NCBI GenBank assembly: GCA_965372795.1
Contig: CBDVDR010000005.1
Span: forward strand, 64,001 to 128,000
DNA length: 64,000 bases
DNA from: an uncultured bacterium
GTDB lineage: Bacteria > Zixibacteria > MSB-5A5 > GN15 > FEB-12
Reading direction: 5' to 3'
Below, in pieces: positions 1 to 10,529 of this stretch. The notes below the pieces were generated by a model, which saw nothing but the letters and a program-made list of their open reading frames with translations, searched no databases and was not told the origin of the DNA. Position 1 is the first letter of the stretch. Every line of letters begins with the position of its first letter. The translations under genes were made by a program, and so were the position numbers.

Positions 1-35
1 AAGTGTATCAATTTAGCCGGGAAGAAAAAAAATAA
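1..35 (+). CDS. 3' end of upstream gene (…VYQFSREEKK*), probably clpP
   Basis: Open frame ending TAA at 33-35, 16 nt before clpX. Identity is inferred only from the usual clpP-clpX synteny. Confidence 0.35.
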   Translation, partial: VYQFSREEKK

Positions 36-51
36 GTTTGGTTAAAAAATT

Positions 52-1332
52 ATGAGTAAGGGTAAAACACCTCCCACCACTCCACAGCGATGTTCATTCT
101 GTGGAAAGCCTGCCAGTCAGGTTAAAAAACTATTTAGCGGACACGATTCGTTTATCTGTAACGAGTGTGTCGAGTTATGCGGTGATTTGATGGAAAACGC
201 CCCGGTAACTGCCGAGCGTTCCAATGAAATCACCGATCTCCCTTCCCCTGCTGAAATTAAGAATTTTCTCGATCAATGGGTTATTGGTCAGGATGACACA
301 AAAAAAACCGTTGCCGTAGCTGTGTATAATCATTATAAGCGGATTAATTCGCAACTAAATCGACATCTGGAAAGCTATAACGATGAGTCGGATGTGGAAC
401 TTGAAAAGTCTAACATTCTGCTTATCGGTTCAACCGGTACCGGAAAAACATTGATTGCCAGGTCACTGGCAAAATATCTCAAAGTGCCATTTACAATTGC
501 CGATGCAACCGTTCTTACCGAAGCCGGTTATGTTGGTGAAGATGTTGAGAATATTCTTGTTCGACTTTATCAGTCGTCCGATTTTAATCAAACTAAAACC
601 GAACGCGGAATTATCTATATTGATGAGATTGATAAAATCTCCCGTCGGGACGGCAATCCATCAATCACCCGTGATGTTTCAGGTGAGGGTGTCCAGCAGG
701 GATTATTGAAAATCCTTGAAGGTACCATTGCCAATATCCCGCCAAAAGGCGGCAGGAAGCATCCCGAACAATCATTTGTTCCGATCAATACATCCAACAT
801 CCTTTTCATCTGCGGTGGTGCTTTTGATGGTTTGGAAAAAATGATTGCAAGGCGCTTAGGTAAAAAAACAGTTGGCTTCGAAACTGACAAAAAGTTTATT
901 GATCATTCCTCAGCGGACATTCTCGATTTTGTCACTCCATCCGATCTGATCGAATTTGGTTTGATACCTGAGATGGTCGGAAGACTTCCGGTTTATGCCA
1001 CTTTAAAGCCGCTTGATGAGGAGGCTCTTTTAAATATCCTGACTCAACCCAAAAACGCTATTATCAAACAGTATGCAAAACTACTGGCGATGGATGGTGT
1101 TAAACTAACGGTTACACAAGATGCGCTTGAAGCCGCTGTTGAACTGGCTATCGAAAGAAAAACCGGTGCCAGAGCATTGCGTTCAATCTTTGAAAAAGCA
1201 ATGCTTGAGGTTATGTACGAGGTGCCTTCAACTCCAGAGATTGCTGAAGTGATAGTTTCTGCGGAAACTATTATTGACGGTAAACAGGCAAAACTTGTGA
1301 TGCACAATGATAATGACAAAAAAGCTTCTTAG
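52..1332 (+). CDS. clpX: ATP-dependent Clp protease ATP-binding subunit ClpX
   Basis: N-terminal C4 zinc finger (CSFC…ICNECVELC), Walker [41 protein letters not shown] loop, TGARALR. Confidence 0.99.
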   Translation: MSKGKTPPTTPQRCSFCGKPASQVKKLFSGHDSFICNECVELCGDLMENAPVTAERSNEITDLPSPAEIKNFLDQWVIGQDDTKKTVAVAVYNHYKRINSQLNRHLESYNDESDVELEKSNILLIGSTGTGKTLIARSLAKYLKVPFTIADATVLTEAGYVGEDVENILVRLYQSSDFNQTKTERGIIYIDEIDKISRRDGNPSITRDVSGEGVQQGLLKILEGTIANIPPKGGRKHPEQSFVPINTSNILFICGGAFDGLEKMIARRLGKKTVGFETDKKFIDHSSADILDFVTPSDLIEFGLIPEMVGRLPVYATLKPLDEEALLNILTQPKNAIIKQYAKLLAMDGVKLTVTQDALEAAVELAIERKTGARALRSIFEKAMLEVMYEVPSTPEIAEVIVSAETIIDGKQAKLVMHNDNDKKAS

Positions 1333-1348
1333 CAGTTTTCAAATATTG

Positions 1349-1381
1349 AAAAAAACCGGAATCAGTTGATTCCGGTTTTTT
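1349..1381 (+). terminator. Intrinsic terminator (possibly bidirectional) after clpX
   Basis: AAAAAAACCGGAATCA-GT-TGATTCCGGTTTTTT perfect inverted repeat with A/T tails. Confidence 0.9.
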
Positions 1382-1557
1382 CATATCTTATATTAAGGGG
1401 CAGACGAGGGCGTCTACCGCCCACACCGATTAACCTAATGTAATTTTAGCTTCAATTTCGATATATTTCTGATCTACTGCCTTCAATATAATTATCAATT
1501 TATCCATTAAAAATCGATCAAATATTCCGATATATATATCAAATGAAAGGTCAACTT

Positions 1558-2094
1558 ATGTCGTTTAGAAAACTACTTGTTTTAGCAATATTAGCTATTT
1601 GTCTGACTTCCTGTCAGAGTCATCAAAAACTTGAAATAACAAAAATATCATCGCTGGCAGAAAATCTTTCAATAAAGTTTGATAAAATCAGTGATTTCAT
1701 AGAAAACAATCATTTTGACAGTCTCGAAACTCTTATCGACCCGATTGAATTGATATCTTTAAAGTTCAAAGCCGAAGTAAATCGTACCCGCGATATTAAT
1801 CATTATATAAAGAGGAACTATTCCTCACTGCCACATACTGATACTTTGCAATTCTATGAAATAAAAAATACGGAAAATTTCATTCGGGTTACCTACATTG
1901 GCGACGGTAATAAGTACCAAAATAAAACCGAACGAGTTCTTTATACTTTTCTATTATTTAGAAACTGTGAATCAGTTTGGAAACTTGCGGCAACATCTTC
2001 AATTGAAAAAGAGAGATTTGACAGTTACGGTAACGAGATGACATTTCACGAGACTGAACTCCCCGCGCTGTTTAGATTTCCAAGAATTATATAA
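1558..2094 (+). CDS. Hypothetical lipoprotein
   Basis: Signal peptide with lipobox LTSC; ATG at 1558 preceded by AAAGG (ORF track starts at 1543). Confidence 0.7.
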   Translation: MSFRKLLVLAILAICLTSCQSHQKLEITKISSLAENLSIKFDKISDFIENNHFDSLETLIDPIELISLKFKAEVNRTRDINHYIKRNYSSLPHTDTLQFYEIKNTENFIRVTYIGDGNKYQNKTERVLYTFLLFRNCESVWKLAATSSIEKERFDSYGNEMTFHETELPALFRFPRII

Positions 2095-2130
2095 TTATCG
2101 GTTGAATTTCAATGGCAAAAAACAACGCTG

Positions 2131-3303
2131 CTACCCTTTGATATTGAAAATCGGTTTTAATTCTGTTTTAATATCAACCAGTTCCTCTTGATAGCCCATG
2201 ACCATTTTAATATTTTTATAAGCATCCGGCGCCTCATCGAGATGATTTTTATTTACCGACTCCGAGTAGATACCATCCATTTGATCCCTGAACTTGTTTA
2301 TTTCAATCACTCGTTTTGCCTGCCTGCGAGACATCACCCTCCCGGCACCATGAGCGCAAGAATTAAATGAATCATCATTACCCTTGCCACTAACAATATA
2401 AGAGGGATTTGCCATAGATCCCGGAATTATACCAACGGTATCGCTTGAGGCTTTGGTGGCTCCTTTTCTATGCACCCAAACATAACTTCCAAAATGTTTT
2501 TCCCGTTCAGCATAGTTATGATGAATATTTATGGTCGATTCAAATTTGACTTTTTGGAAAATATCTTCAATGATAGATTTAACAATCTCAACCATAACAA
2601 AACGATTCTGACGGGCAAACTCCATCGAAAAACTCATATCATCAATGTATTTGATACCAAGATCTGAATCCTCTTCCAAAAAATCCAAACCGGCTAAATT
2701 TTGATGGTTCTTTTTTGATATTTTGCGGGCCAGTTTGATATATTCAGTCGCCAGTAAATTGCCAATATTTCTTGAACCGGAATGTAACATAATCCAGATA
2801 TTATCATTTTCATCTTTTTGGAGTTCAATAAAATGATTCCCGCCCCCAAGTGTTCCCAACTGGGGCAGAACCTTATTTTTGCTCCATTTCTCATATGGTT
2901 TAATATCATTCAGAAGATTTTTCGAGCTAAACTTGTAAACATCTTTCATCTGTCCGGGATTTCTATGCTCAAATCCGAGCGGTATCCGGTGGAGAATTCT
3001 ATTGTGAATATTTTTCATTTGTGGTTTTATTTCTGAAAGATCAAGATCCGTTTTAACCGCACACATCCCGCAACCAATATCTACCCCGACCGCCGCAGGA
3101 ATTAACACACCTTCCATTGGCAGAACCGCCCCGATTGTGGCACCAATCCCCATATGAACATCCGGCATTATAGACACCCATTTATAAATTCTTGGGTGGT
3201 TAGCCATATTATAGACCTGTTCCAATGCCGAAGATTCAATATCTTCCTTTGGAATCCATAATTTGGCTTTAATATTACCTTTACTGTCAGTTATAATATT
3301 CAT
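2131..3303 (-). CDS. rtcB: RtcB family RNA ligase
   Basis: MPDVH, VGVDIGCGM, LGTLGGGNHFIE, LHSGSR, IHHNYA, VHRKGAT, IPGSM, HGAGRVMSR, DEAPDAYK motifs. Confidence 0.97.
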   Translation of the reverse strand: MNIITDSKGNIKAKLWIPKEDIESSALEQVYNMANHPRIYKWVSIMPDVHMGIGATIGAVLPMEGVLIPAAVGVDIGCGMCAVKTDLDLSEIKPQMKNIHNRILHRIPLGFEHRNPGQMKDVYKFSSKNLLNDIKPYEKWSKNKVLPQLGTLGGGNHFIELQKDENDNIWIMLHSGSRNIGNLLATEYIKLARKISKKNHQNLAGLDFLEEDSDLGIKYIDDMSFSMEFARQNRFVMVEIVKSIIEDIFQKVKFESTINIHHNYAEREKHFGSYVWVHRKGATKASSDTVGIIPGSMANPSYIVSGKGNDDSFNSCAHGAGRVMSRRQAKRVIEINKFRDQMDGIYSESVNKNHLDEAPDAYKNIKMVMGYQEELVDIKTELKPIFNIKG

Positions 3304-3474
3304 TTAATAATTCTCATATCTTATTTAACTTAATAAATATATTATAATTTTGAAACTTCAATAATAATAGCTTTCGGTTCAGAATGTTAACTTAATAGCC
3401 TTAAGCAGCTTAAGAACTTTTGAATTGCTTGAGTGATTTATACTGCCTATATTACCACAAAAATGGAGAAATAT

Positions 3475-3816
3475 ATGTGTGACAGGGTAAAAAAGTTTAG
3501 AGAAGAACGTGAGCAATTAAATGAAATAGTATTGGGACAGGATGACATAAATATCAAAAGATTTTTTTCTCTTGATACTGCCGTCTATCGAGCGGGTGCT
3601 CTTGATGCAAAGACTAAAGAACTGCTTGGGTTGGTGGCATCATTAGTATTGCGTTGTGATGATTGTATTACTTACCATGTTATAAAGGTAAAAGAAGAAA
3701 AGACAACTGATGCTGAATTTAGTGAAGTTATGTCAATTGGTCTTGTTGTTGGAGGATCTATCACTATTCCGCATGTCAGAAGAGCGTATAAACTCTGGGA
3801 AGATTTAAATAATTGA
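3475..3816 (+). CDS. Carboxymuconolactone decarboxylase / AhpD-like protein
   Basis: GALDAKTKELLGLVASLVLRCDDCITYH (CxxC..H); ATG 3475 after GGAGA. Confidence 0.88.
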   Translation: MCDRVKKFREEREQLNEIVLGQDDINIKRFFSLDTAVYRAGALDAKTKELLGLVASLVLRCDDCITYHVIKVKEEKTTDAEFSEVMSIGLVVGGSITIPHVRRAYKLWEDLNN

Positions 3817-3828
3817 GGATTTTAATTT

Positions 3829-4734
3829 ATGAAAAATGTTAAAAATTTATTGACCCTGTTATTAATTATCTCTGCTATTTCTCTTACAACAAACTCATTT
3901 GCACAAACCGAAAAAGAAGTGCCGCTAATTGTTAAGCAGTATAGACAATCATACAGTTTTATCAGTATGTCTGATTCTATTTATACGTCTCAATCCGAAT
4001 TTATTTTACCTGATGGTTTTTCTTATCCAGAGCCTAATAAAATGACTTCTTTTCAAAACTGGATATCCAATTTCCCTTTGTGGCACAAATACAAACCAAT
4101 CGGCATCTGGAAAGGGAGCAAAAAATATGAATATGGCGAGGTTGCTCGTGGAGTTCATCTTCCCTGGACCGGAAAAATATATACCGATCTGAATTTCCCG
4201 ATTCGATTTTTGGGAGAATTTGTTCTTTACAAGAAGAATGATCTTAAATTTTCATTTACACCTATGAAAGGCGATGACCTTTTGTATTCAGATTGGCTGG
4301 AAAGTATACCAAAATATAGTGGGCAAAAAGAAGTTATGCTGGTTCCCGATATGAAACGCGATGCCAGCGAAACTGAGTTTTTTAAATTTATGCACTTTTG
4401 CATGGTCAATAATCATTATTTTAATCTGACTAGAAATTGCGATTCCTTATCTGAAGCTGAGGTTATGCCGGGAGATATGTTTATTGCCCGTAATAAAAAT
4501 GGGCGTAAAGGACGCGTACTTTTTATTATGAATATGATTCAAAATAAAAAGGGAAATAAATTATACACATTTGCAACCGGATGCGAGGATGATGCCTGTG
4601 ATATGCATATCCCTCTTATGAATAATGACCGTAACAACCCCTGGGTAACTTTGGATCAGGTTAAAACCTATGTTGAGCCATTTGAACAAAGAGGTTTTTA
4701 CAGATTTAAATTGTTATCAGACTTTGATAATTGA
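3829..4734 (+). CDS. Secreted protein, DUF4846-like
   Basis: Signal peptide; LPDGF…SFQNWISNFPL and PGDMFI…G segments resemble DUF4846 from memory. Confidence 0.55.
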   Translation: MKNVKNLLTLLLIISAISLTTNSFAQTEKEVPLIVKQYRQSYSFISMSDSIYTSQSEFILPDGFSYPEPNKMTSFQNWISNFPLWHKYKPIGIWKGSKKYEYGEVARGVHLPWTGKIYTDLNFPIRFLGEFVLYKKNDLKFSFTPMKGDDLLYSDWLESIPKYSGQKEVMLVPDMKRDASETEFFKFMHFCMVNNHYFNLTRNCDSLSEAEVMPGDMFIARNKNGRKGRVLFIMNMIQNKKGNKLYTFATGCEDDACDMHIPLMNNDRNNPWVTLDQVKTYVEPFEQRGFYRFKLLSDFDN

Positions 4735-4741
4735 GAGTAAT

Positions 4742-5926
4742 ATGAATATAAAAAATGATATTTTAAATAAAGTTAAAGCCCAACATAAAGAACAGATCAA
4801 ACACCGCCGTCATATTCATCAGAATCCGGAAATTTCTTATCAGGAAATAAAAACTACTGCTTATTTAAAACAGGAAGTAAAAAAACTTGGGTTGAAAATA
4901 CTCCCGTTAAAAATGGAAACAGGTCTACTTGCTGAAATAAAAGGCGCTCACCCGGGACCAACCATTGCAATCAGAACCGACATTGATGCTTTACCGATTA
5001 CCGAGCAAACGAAGCTTCCTTTTAAATCAAAAAATATAGGCTGTATGCACGCTTGCGGACATGATATGCATATGGCAACAATATTAGGGACCGCCAAAGT
5101 TCTGTCTCAAATGAAAGAACATCTTCACGGCAATGTAAGATTTCTATTTCAACCGGCCGAAGAGGTCCCGCCCGGAGGCGCCAAAACGATGATTGAACTG
5201 GGTGCCCTTGATGGGGTTTCGATGATTTTTGGTCTTCATGTTGATCCGCATCTTGCAACCGGTAAAATCGGGCTTCGTGATGGGATAACAATGGCGGCAG
5301 TTACCGACCTTGATATTATTATTCATGGCAAAGGCGGTCATGCGGCAAGACCGCAATATGCTGTCGATGCAGTAGTGACTGCTACTGAGATTATCGAATC
5401 CTTACAAAAAATAGTATCAAGAGAAACCGACCCTATCTCTCCGGTTGTAATCACCTTTGGAAAAATAGAAGGCGGCACAGCTCGTAATGTCATCGCCGAA
5501 AAAGTTATACTTACCGGTACAATTCGCGCGCTCTCAGCTCAATCAGCCAAGCAGGTGCCGAAATTAGTTAAACGAACCGTTGATGCTATTTGTAAAGCTC
5601 GCGGTGCCAAAGCTGAAATTAATATTCTGGCGGCATATCCGGTGCTGGATAATCATCTGAAAGTTAACAAAATATTTAAAAAGAGTTATGATATATTGTT
5701 TGGTAAAGGGAAAATAGAAGTTACCGACCAGACCTTAGGCGGTGAAGATTTTGCTTATTATCAACAAATAGTACCCGGCGCAACTTTTAGAGTGGGAGTT
5801 ATGAATAAAAAAATCGGAGCCGATAAATCATGGCATTCATCATTGTTTATCGCCGATGAAAACGGATTGATCTATTCAACGGCGTTGTTGGTTGGGTCCA
5901 CTCTTGACTTTTTATCAGACAGCTAA
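4742..5926 (+). CDS. M20 family amidohydrolase
   Basis: RRHIHQNPE, RTDIDALP, MHACGHDMH, FQPAEE, GKGGHAA, GGEDF, WHS; ATG 4742 preferred over the ORF-track start. Confidence 0.95.
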   Translation: MNIKNDILNKVKAQHKEQIKHRRHIHQNPEISYQEIKTTAYLKQEVKKLGLKILPLKMETGLLAEIKGAHPGPTIAIRTDIDALPITEQTKLPFKSKNIGCMHACGHDMHMATILGTAKVLSQMKEHLHGNVRFLFQPAEEVPPGGAKTMIELGALDGVSMIFGLHVDPHLATGKIGLRDGITMAAVTDLDIIIHGKGGHAARPQYAVDAVVTATEIIESLQKIVSRETDPISPVVITFGKIEGGTARNVIAEKVILTGTIRALSAQSAKQVPKLVKRTVDAICKARGAKAEINILAAYPVLDNHLKVNKIFKKSYDILFGKGKIEVTDQTLGGEDFAYYQQIVPGATFRVGVMNKKIGADKSWHSSLFIADENGLIYSTALLVGSTLDFLSDS

Positions 5927-5935
5927 ATAAAACTG

Positions 5936-7414
5936 ATGACTACAAAAATTAAAATTTTCCTGTTGGTTCTCGGATTGTTCTGTCTACCTGCATTTAGTTC
6001 TACAACGGCAAGCGAACTGCCAATTGAGGTAGTAACCTATTCTAATTTTAATTATATTTTATATGTCACCAGTTCATTAAAACATACCTACTTCGCTACA
6101 ACAGAAGGCATTATCCGCTATAATAATATGGAAGAAAGCTGGGCTGAACCTCTTACAGGAACTTATGGGATTGACCATCAGGATATAAGGCGTATCTGGG
6201 TAGATAAGTTTGATGAAAAGCTGTTTGCTCAAACCGGATCATTTCTTTATGAATATGATTTCCTTTTTGAAAAATGGTTTCCATTATCAGAACTGCCTGC
6301 TTTTGAATATGATTTCCGGCATATCAAGGCTCCCGAATTTTTCCATCCGCCATCAGGATATATTTATTCTCCCGATGGCAGCCTGACTGATGCTTTTGGA
6401 CGAGATTATGTGTTGACCGATTTAATCAATGACGGCTCTGGAAATATCTGGATCGGCAGCTGGGGTTTGGGACCGATGCAATCAAGCGAATTAACTTCAT
6501 CGCTGGAACTGTTGCCTTATGGTCTTTTACAAAAACGAGTTGATGCTATCTTAAATGATATGGGTACTTTGTGGGTTGGCGGGTATGCAATTGACCCGGT
6601 TCGGTCCGGGGTGACTATCTTTAATCCCGATGATGATAATTTCAGCTATATAGAATCCGGTCTTCAACTCTATTTTCCGGTTGTCAACATCAGCTGTTTT
6701 GAACAGTTTAATGATTTGATGGTAATCGGTTCAGATAATGGCGTATATTTTGTAGATAAAGAAAAATTTGATGTCTCTGAAAATCTCAATCGCAGAGATG
6801 GAATAACCGACAATAAAATTCTTAGCCTGTTGGCAATTGGTGATACTCTTCTGGTGGGAACTGCCAATGGAATGAATATGGTTACTTCATCCGGCAAGGA
6901 TGTACAACTGGTTTACCCGTCTGAATTTATAAACAAAGTCATATATGATTTCCAACTGGTTGATTCGTCGGTTTGGATTGCAAGCTCATACGGTGTTTAC
7001 CGGATGGCAATTCCATCAGGGAAACTTCAGCAATTCCAGGACAATGAAATGTTCATATTTAATGATGTCTATGATATTGAGCAGTTCGATGATTTTCTCT
7101 TTTTCTCAACCAATAGCGGAGTTTTACAACTAAATATTATGACTGCCGAAATGGTGACTCACCCTTCACAGTCCCACCAATTCACGCCAAGGAAACTGGC
7201 CGTTAATGAAAAAATTATTGCCTTGGGATCAAATGATGGCTTAACAATCATCTTTTACGATAACGATCCGCCTTACAGCAGAACTTTTACAACCGAAGAC
7301 GGATTTCCATCAAACCGAATTTATTCACTTGAAATGGATGGGGATTTTCTATGGATCGGCACTGACAATGGATTAAGCCGATTTTGGTGGAATAATCCGA
7401 GTCGAGTTGATTAA
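5936..7414 (+). CDS. Secreted beta-propeller repeat protein (two-component-regulator propeller-like)
   Basis: Signal peptide; repeated WIGT.NGL / DG.PSN.I blades. Confidence 0.75.
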   Translation: MTTKIKIFLLVLGLFCLPAFSSTTASELPIEVVTYSNFNYILYVTSSLKHTYFATTEGIIRYNNMEESWAEPLTGTYGIDHQDIRRIWVDKFDEKLFAQTGSFLYEYDFLFEKWFPLSELPAFEYDFRHIKAPEFFHPPSGYIYSPDGSLTDAFGRDYVLTDLINDGSGNIWIGSWGLGPMQSSELTSSLELLPYGLLQKRVDAILNDMGTLWVGGYAIDPVRSGVTIFNPDDDNFSYIESGLQLYFPVVNISCFEQFNDLMVIGSDNGVYFVDKEKFDVSENLNRRDGITDNKILSLLAIGDTLLVGTANGMNMVTSSGKDVQLVYPSEFINKVIYDFQLVDSSVWIASSYGVYRMAIPSGKLQQFQDNEMFIFNDVYDIEQFDDFLFFSTNSGVLQLNIMTAEMVTHPSQSHQFTPRKLAVNEKIIALGSNDGLTIIFYDNDPPYSRTFTTEDGFPSNRIYSLEMDGDFLWIGTDNGLSRFWWNNPSRVD

Positions 7415-7489
7415 TATTATTGTTTTATCATTGAATCTCAATGAGATATCTATTACTATATTGATGGAATTAATTTGCTATAAAATCTA

Positions 7490-8413
7490 ATGAAATTAAA
7501 ATTATTTGAACATTTCGGGCTTAAGTTATTTGCGATTATTATGGGATTGCTTTTGTGGTTTCATGTTGCTACTGAAAAAACATACAAGCACCAGATAAAT
7601 CTTCCCATTGCTGAAATCAGCTTAAGCGACGACCTTAGTATCGCCAGTGAATTGCCGGATTCACTCACAGTTATCGTAAACGCTACCGGTAAACAGTTAC
7701 TGCGCAAAAAATGGCGATCCCGAGGACTTAGAATCAATGCGACCCAATTTCATGCCGGTCGTCATAATCTCACGCTTAATACCCAAAACACATCTCTCTC
7801 AAGCGGTGAAGATCTTGTGTCGCTTGAGGAAATTATTTTCCCAACTTCGATACAACTAAATATTGATTTCAAACTCAAAAAAATAATTTATGTGTTACCG
7901 GATATAAATACAATTCCCGATGATGGATTTGCAGTCAGTGAAATAAATATTTCCGAACCGAACGAAATTACAATCTCAGGACCGAGATCAATTATTAAGA
8001 ATATTCATTCTGTGACAACCGAGCCCAAGAAATTAACCTCGCTTCGAAATGACATCAGTTTAACCCTGGCAATTTTAAGACCCGGAAACGGTAATGTCAC
8101 CCTTGATCCTGATTCGGTTGAAGTTAACATAAAAGTTGTGCCGGTTAAGACAAGGGTTTTTGAGGCAATACCGATTGTTATATTTAACTCCCCTTCTACA
8201 ACCGGTTTTAGGACTGTTCCTGAATTCATTAAAATCGAATTAACCGGACCGCCTGAAGAAATCACTAATATGAGCAGTAATAATATTATCGCTTCCGTAG
8301 ATTATTTAACCGCCGACAGTATTAGTCTGATTGCGGCAGTTAAAGTAGAATGTCCGGCTCGTTTCCAGATCAAATCAATATCAAGCGATTCAATAAAAAT
8401 TATTGAGCAATAA
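7490..8413 (+). CDS. YbbR/CdaR-like protein
   Basis: N-terminal TM (KLFAIIMGLLLWFHV) followed by three YbbR-like repeats (P..ITISGP, PEFIKIELTGP). Confidence 0.8.
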   Translation: MKLKLFEHFGLKLFAIIMGLLLWFHVATEKTYKHQINLPIAEISLSDDLSIASELPDSLTVIVNATGKQLLRKKWRSRGLRINATQFHAGRHNLTLNTQNTSLSSGEDLVSLEEIIFPTSIQLNIDFKLKKIIYVLPDINTIPDDGFAVSEINISEPNEITISGPRSIIKNIHSVTTEPKKLTSLRNDISLTLAILRPGNGNVTLDPDSVEVNIKVVPVKTRVFEAIPIVIFNSPSTTGFRTVPEFIKIELTGPPEEITNMSSNNIIASVDYLTADSISLIAAVKVECPARFQIKSISSDSIKIIEQ

Positions 8414-8414
8414 G

Positions 8415-9416
8415 ATGATTACCCTCGGAATAGAAACCTCCTGTGATGAAACATCCTGCGCCGTTGTCAAAGACGGCGAACAGATTCTTTCTAATATTAT
8501 ATATTCACAGGAAGACCACCAAAAATTCGGCGGGGTTGTTCCCGAAGTTGCCAGTCGGGCACATGTAAAGAAAATCGTTCCGATATATGAACAGGCATTG
8601 AAAGAAGCTGATCTACCAATTGAGAAAATAGATTTAATCGCCGCGACCATGGGTCCCGGACTGGTCGGACCGTTGCTGGTCGGACTCACTTTTGCCAAAG
8701 GTCTTGCCTTTGCCAGCGGTAAACAATTTATTCCGGTTAATCATATGGAAGGGCATCTGGCGGCAAACATTCTGGAGCATCGCGAGCTTGATGAAAAACA
8801 CCTGACCCTTATTGTTTCGGGTGGTCATACAATGCTGGTCGAAATAAACGGATTCGGGAATTATGAACTGCTCGGGCAAACAATCGACGATGCTGCCGGA
8901 GAAGCGTTTGATAAAGTTGGAAAAATAATGGGGCTTGGCTATCCCGGCGGAATTGCAATTGATAGACTTGCCAAGCAAGGCAACTCGTCATATGTAAAAT
9001 TCCCCCGCCCGTTGGTTCATGAGAAAAGTTACCGCTTCTCATACTCCGGCTTGAAAACTGCCGTAGCATTATATATTAAGAAACTCAGCCCTGAAGAATT
9101 TGAAAAACATAAGGCTGACATTGCCGCCTCGTTTCAGGAAGCAGCCGTTGAAGTGCTGGTAATCAAAACGCTCAAGGCTGCAATTGAGAAAAATATTCGC
9201 CATGTAACATTATCCGGCGGGGTTGCTGCCAATAGCCGACTTCGCTCAATGATGAAAGAGAAACTTGAAAATAATAAGCTTCGCTTGTTTTATCCTTCTA
9301 TTAAACTTTGCACCGATAATGCTGCGATGATTGCGGCTGCCGGTACCTATAGATTTGAAAAGGAAGGACCGGGCGAGTTTGCCGCCAATGCAATCCCCTA
9401 TCTGAGATTAGTTTAG
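8415..9416 (+). CDS. tsaD: tRNA N6-adenosine threonylcarbamoyltransferase TsaD
   Basis: LGIETSCDET, GGVVPEVASRAH, GPGL, NHMEGH, VSGGHT, DDAAGEAFDK, FSYSGLKT, GGVAAN, CTDNAAMI; alternative TTG start at 8403. Confidence 0.98.
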   Translation: MITLGIETSCDETSCAVVKDGEQILSNIIYSQEDHQKFGGVVPEVASRAHVKKIVPIYEQALKEADLPIEKIDLIAATMGPGLVGPLLVGLTFAKGLAFASGKQFIPVNHMEGHLAANILEHRELDEKHLTLIVSGGHTMLVEINGFGNYELLGQTIDDAAGEAFDKVGKIMGLGYPGGIAIDRLAKQGNSSYVKFPRPLVHEKSYRFSYSGLKTAVALYIKKLSPEEFEKHKADIAASFQEAAVEVLVIKTLKAAIEKNIRHVTLSGGVAANSRLRSMMKEKLENNKLRLFYPSIKLCTDNAAMIAAAGTYRFEKEGPGEFAANAIPYLRLV

Positions 9417-9451
9417 GAATTTCCTGATTCGTATTGAATGAAATTATATTT

Positions 9452-10207
9452 ATGAGTAAAATTGTTTTATGTGATGATTGTGATCCCCAAAAAGTATCTG
9501 AACTCTGTAAGAAATATAATATGGGGATGGAAATACAATCATTTTATGATCCGGCATATATAGAAAAAAATCCTGATGCCATAGAAGAGCATATCAATTT
9601 TATCAAAGATATCCCTGTTAGATATTTTCACGCCCCCTTTGCTGATTTATGCTCTGGTAGTATAGACCCGCTTGTGCGTGAAACAGCTCTTATACGGTAT
9701 AAGCTTGCACTCGAAATTACGACAAAACTAAATATCACCAATATCATTTATCATATTGGCAATGTACCAAACACAGGCAGTGTTATTAACTGGATAAATA
9801 GAAGCTCAAAATTATGGAATAATTTTATTGAAACGGTTCCTGATACTTTCAATTTTTACTTTGAAAATCTTTTTGAGAAAGACCCGCAAATTGTTAAAGA
9901 CTTCATAGAAAGCATAGATAGCTCGCGAATGAAAGTTTGCCTTGATATCGGTCATGTTCATTGTTATGCAAAATCGGACATTGTTAGTTGGATTAAAGAA
10001 TTGGGCAGTCATATCGGATATATTCATGTTCATGATAATAATAGCGAAAAAGATGATCATTTAGGAATAAGCAAAGGAACCATTCCTTTCAATGAAGTTT
10101 TTCAGGCTTTAAATGAATATGCATCCGAATCTGTATGGGCTTTGGAAGTAAACCTGGACAGTATGGAAAGTTCAATCGATTGGCTGAAAGAACATAGTTT
10201 TATTTGA
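9452..10207 (+). CDS. Sugar phosphate isomerase/epimerase / AP endonuclease 2 family TIM barrel
   Basis: HAPF, FEN, CLDIGH, HVHDN, DDHL, E metal ligands. Confidence 0.85.
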   Translation: MSKIVLCDDCDPQKVSELCKKYNMGMEIQSFYDPAYIEKNPDAIEEHINFIKDIPVRYFHAPFADLCSGSIDPLVRETALIRYKLALEITTKLNITNIIYHIGNVPNTGSVINWINRSSKLWNNFIETVPDTFNFYFENLFEKDPQIVKDFIESIDSSRMKVCLDIGHVHCYAKSDIVSWIKELGSHIGYIHVHDNNSEKDDHLGISKGTIPFNEVFQALNEYASESVWALEVNLDSMESSIDWLKEHSFI

Positions 10208-10345
10208 ATGTGAAGAAAATTCAAAACGATTACATCATTGCAAATCTTAGCTCTTTTCGGACAATTCTTCTTTAGGCAATGTTACAATCAGACCTTAAAC
10301 TATCTCATAATAGTACAAAATACTTGAAAATTATTAACTTCAACC

Positions 10346-10374
10346 TTGACGTTTACAAAGATATTATATATTTT
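10346..10374 (+). promoter_or_regulatory. Putative sigma-70 promoter of the DUF4388 operon
   Basis: TTGACG-N17-TATTTT (or N15-TATATT). Confidence 0.45.
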
Positions 10375-10529
10375 CAATTACATTGAGTTGGGTATAACTC
10401 TTTATAAAGTATAGAGTTTTCATCCTAATTATTTTACAACAAACGTATTTGATTGTCGTATAAAGAGTAACGAATAAAGAGTTAAATTTTGACGGTTATG
10501 CCGTCAATTAAATTATATTGGAGTTTATG

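Noticed and set aside
2131..3432. rtcB as part of an RtcR/sigma-54 RNA repair operon or defence island
   Set aside because: No rtcA, rtcR or TROVE neighbour and no GG-N10-GC element found upstream; looks like an ordinary stand-alone rtcB.
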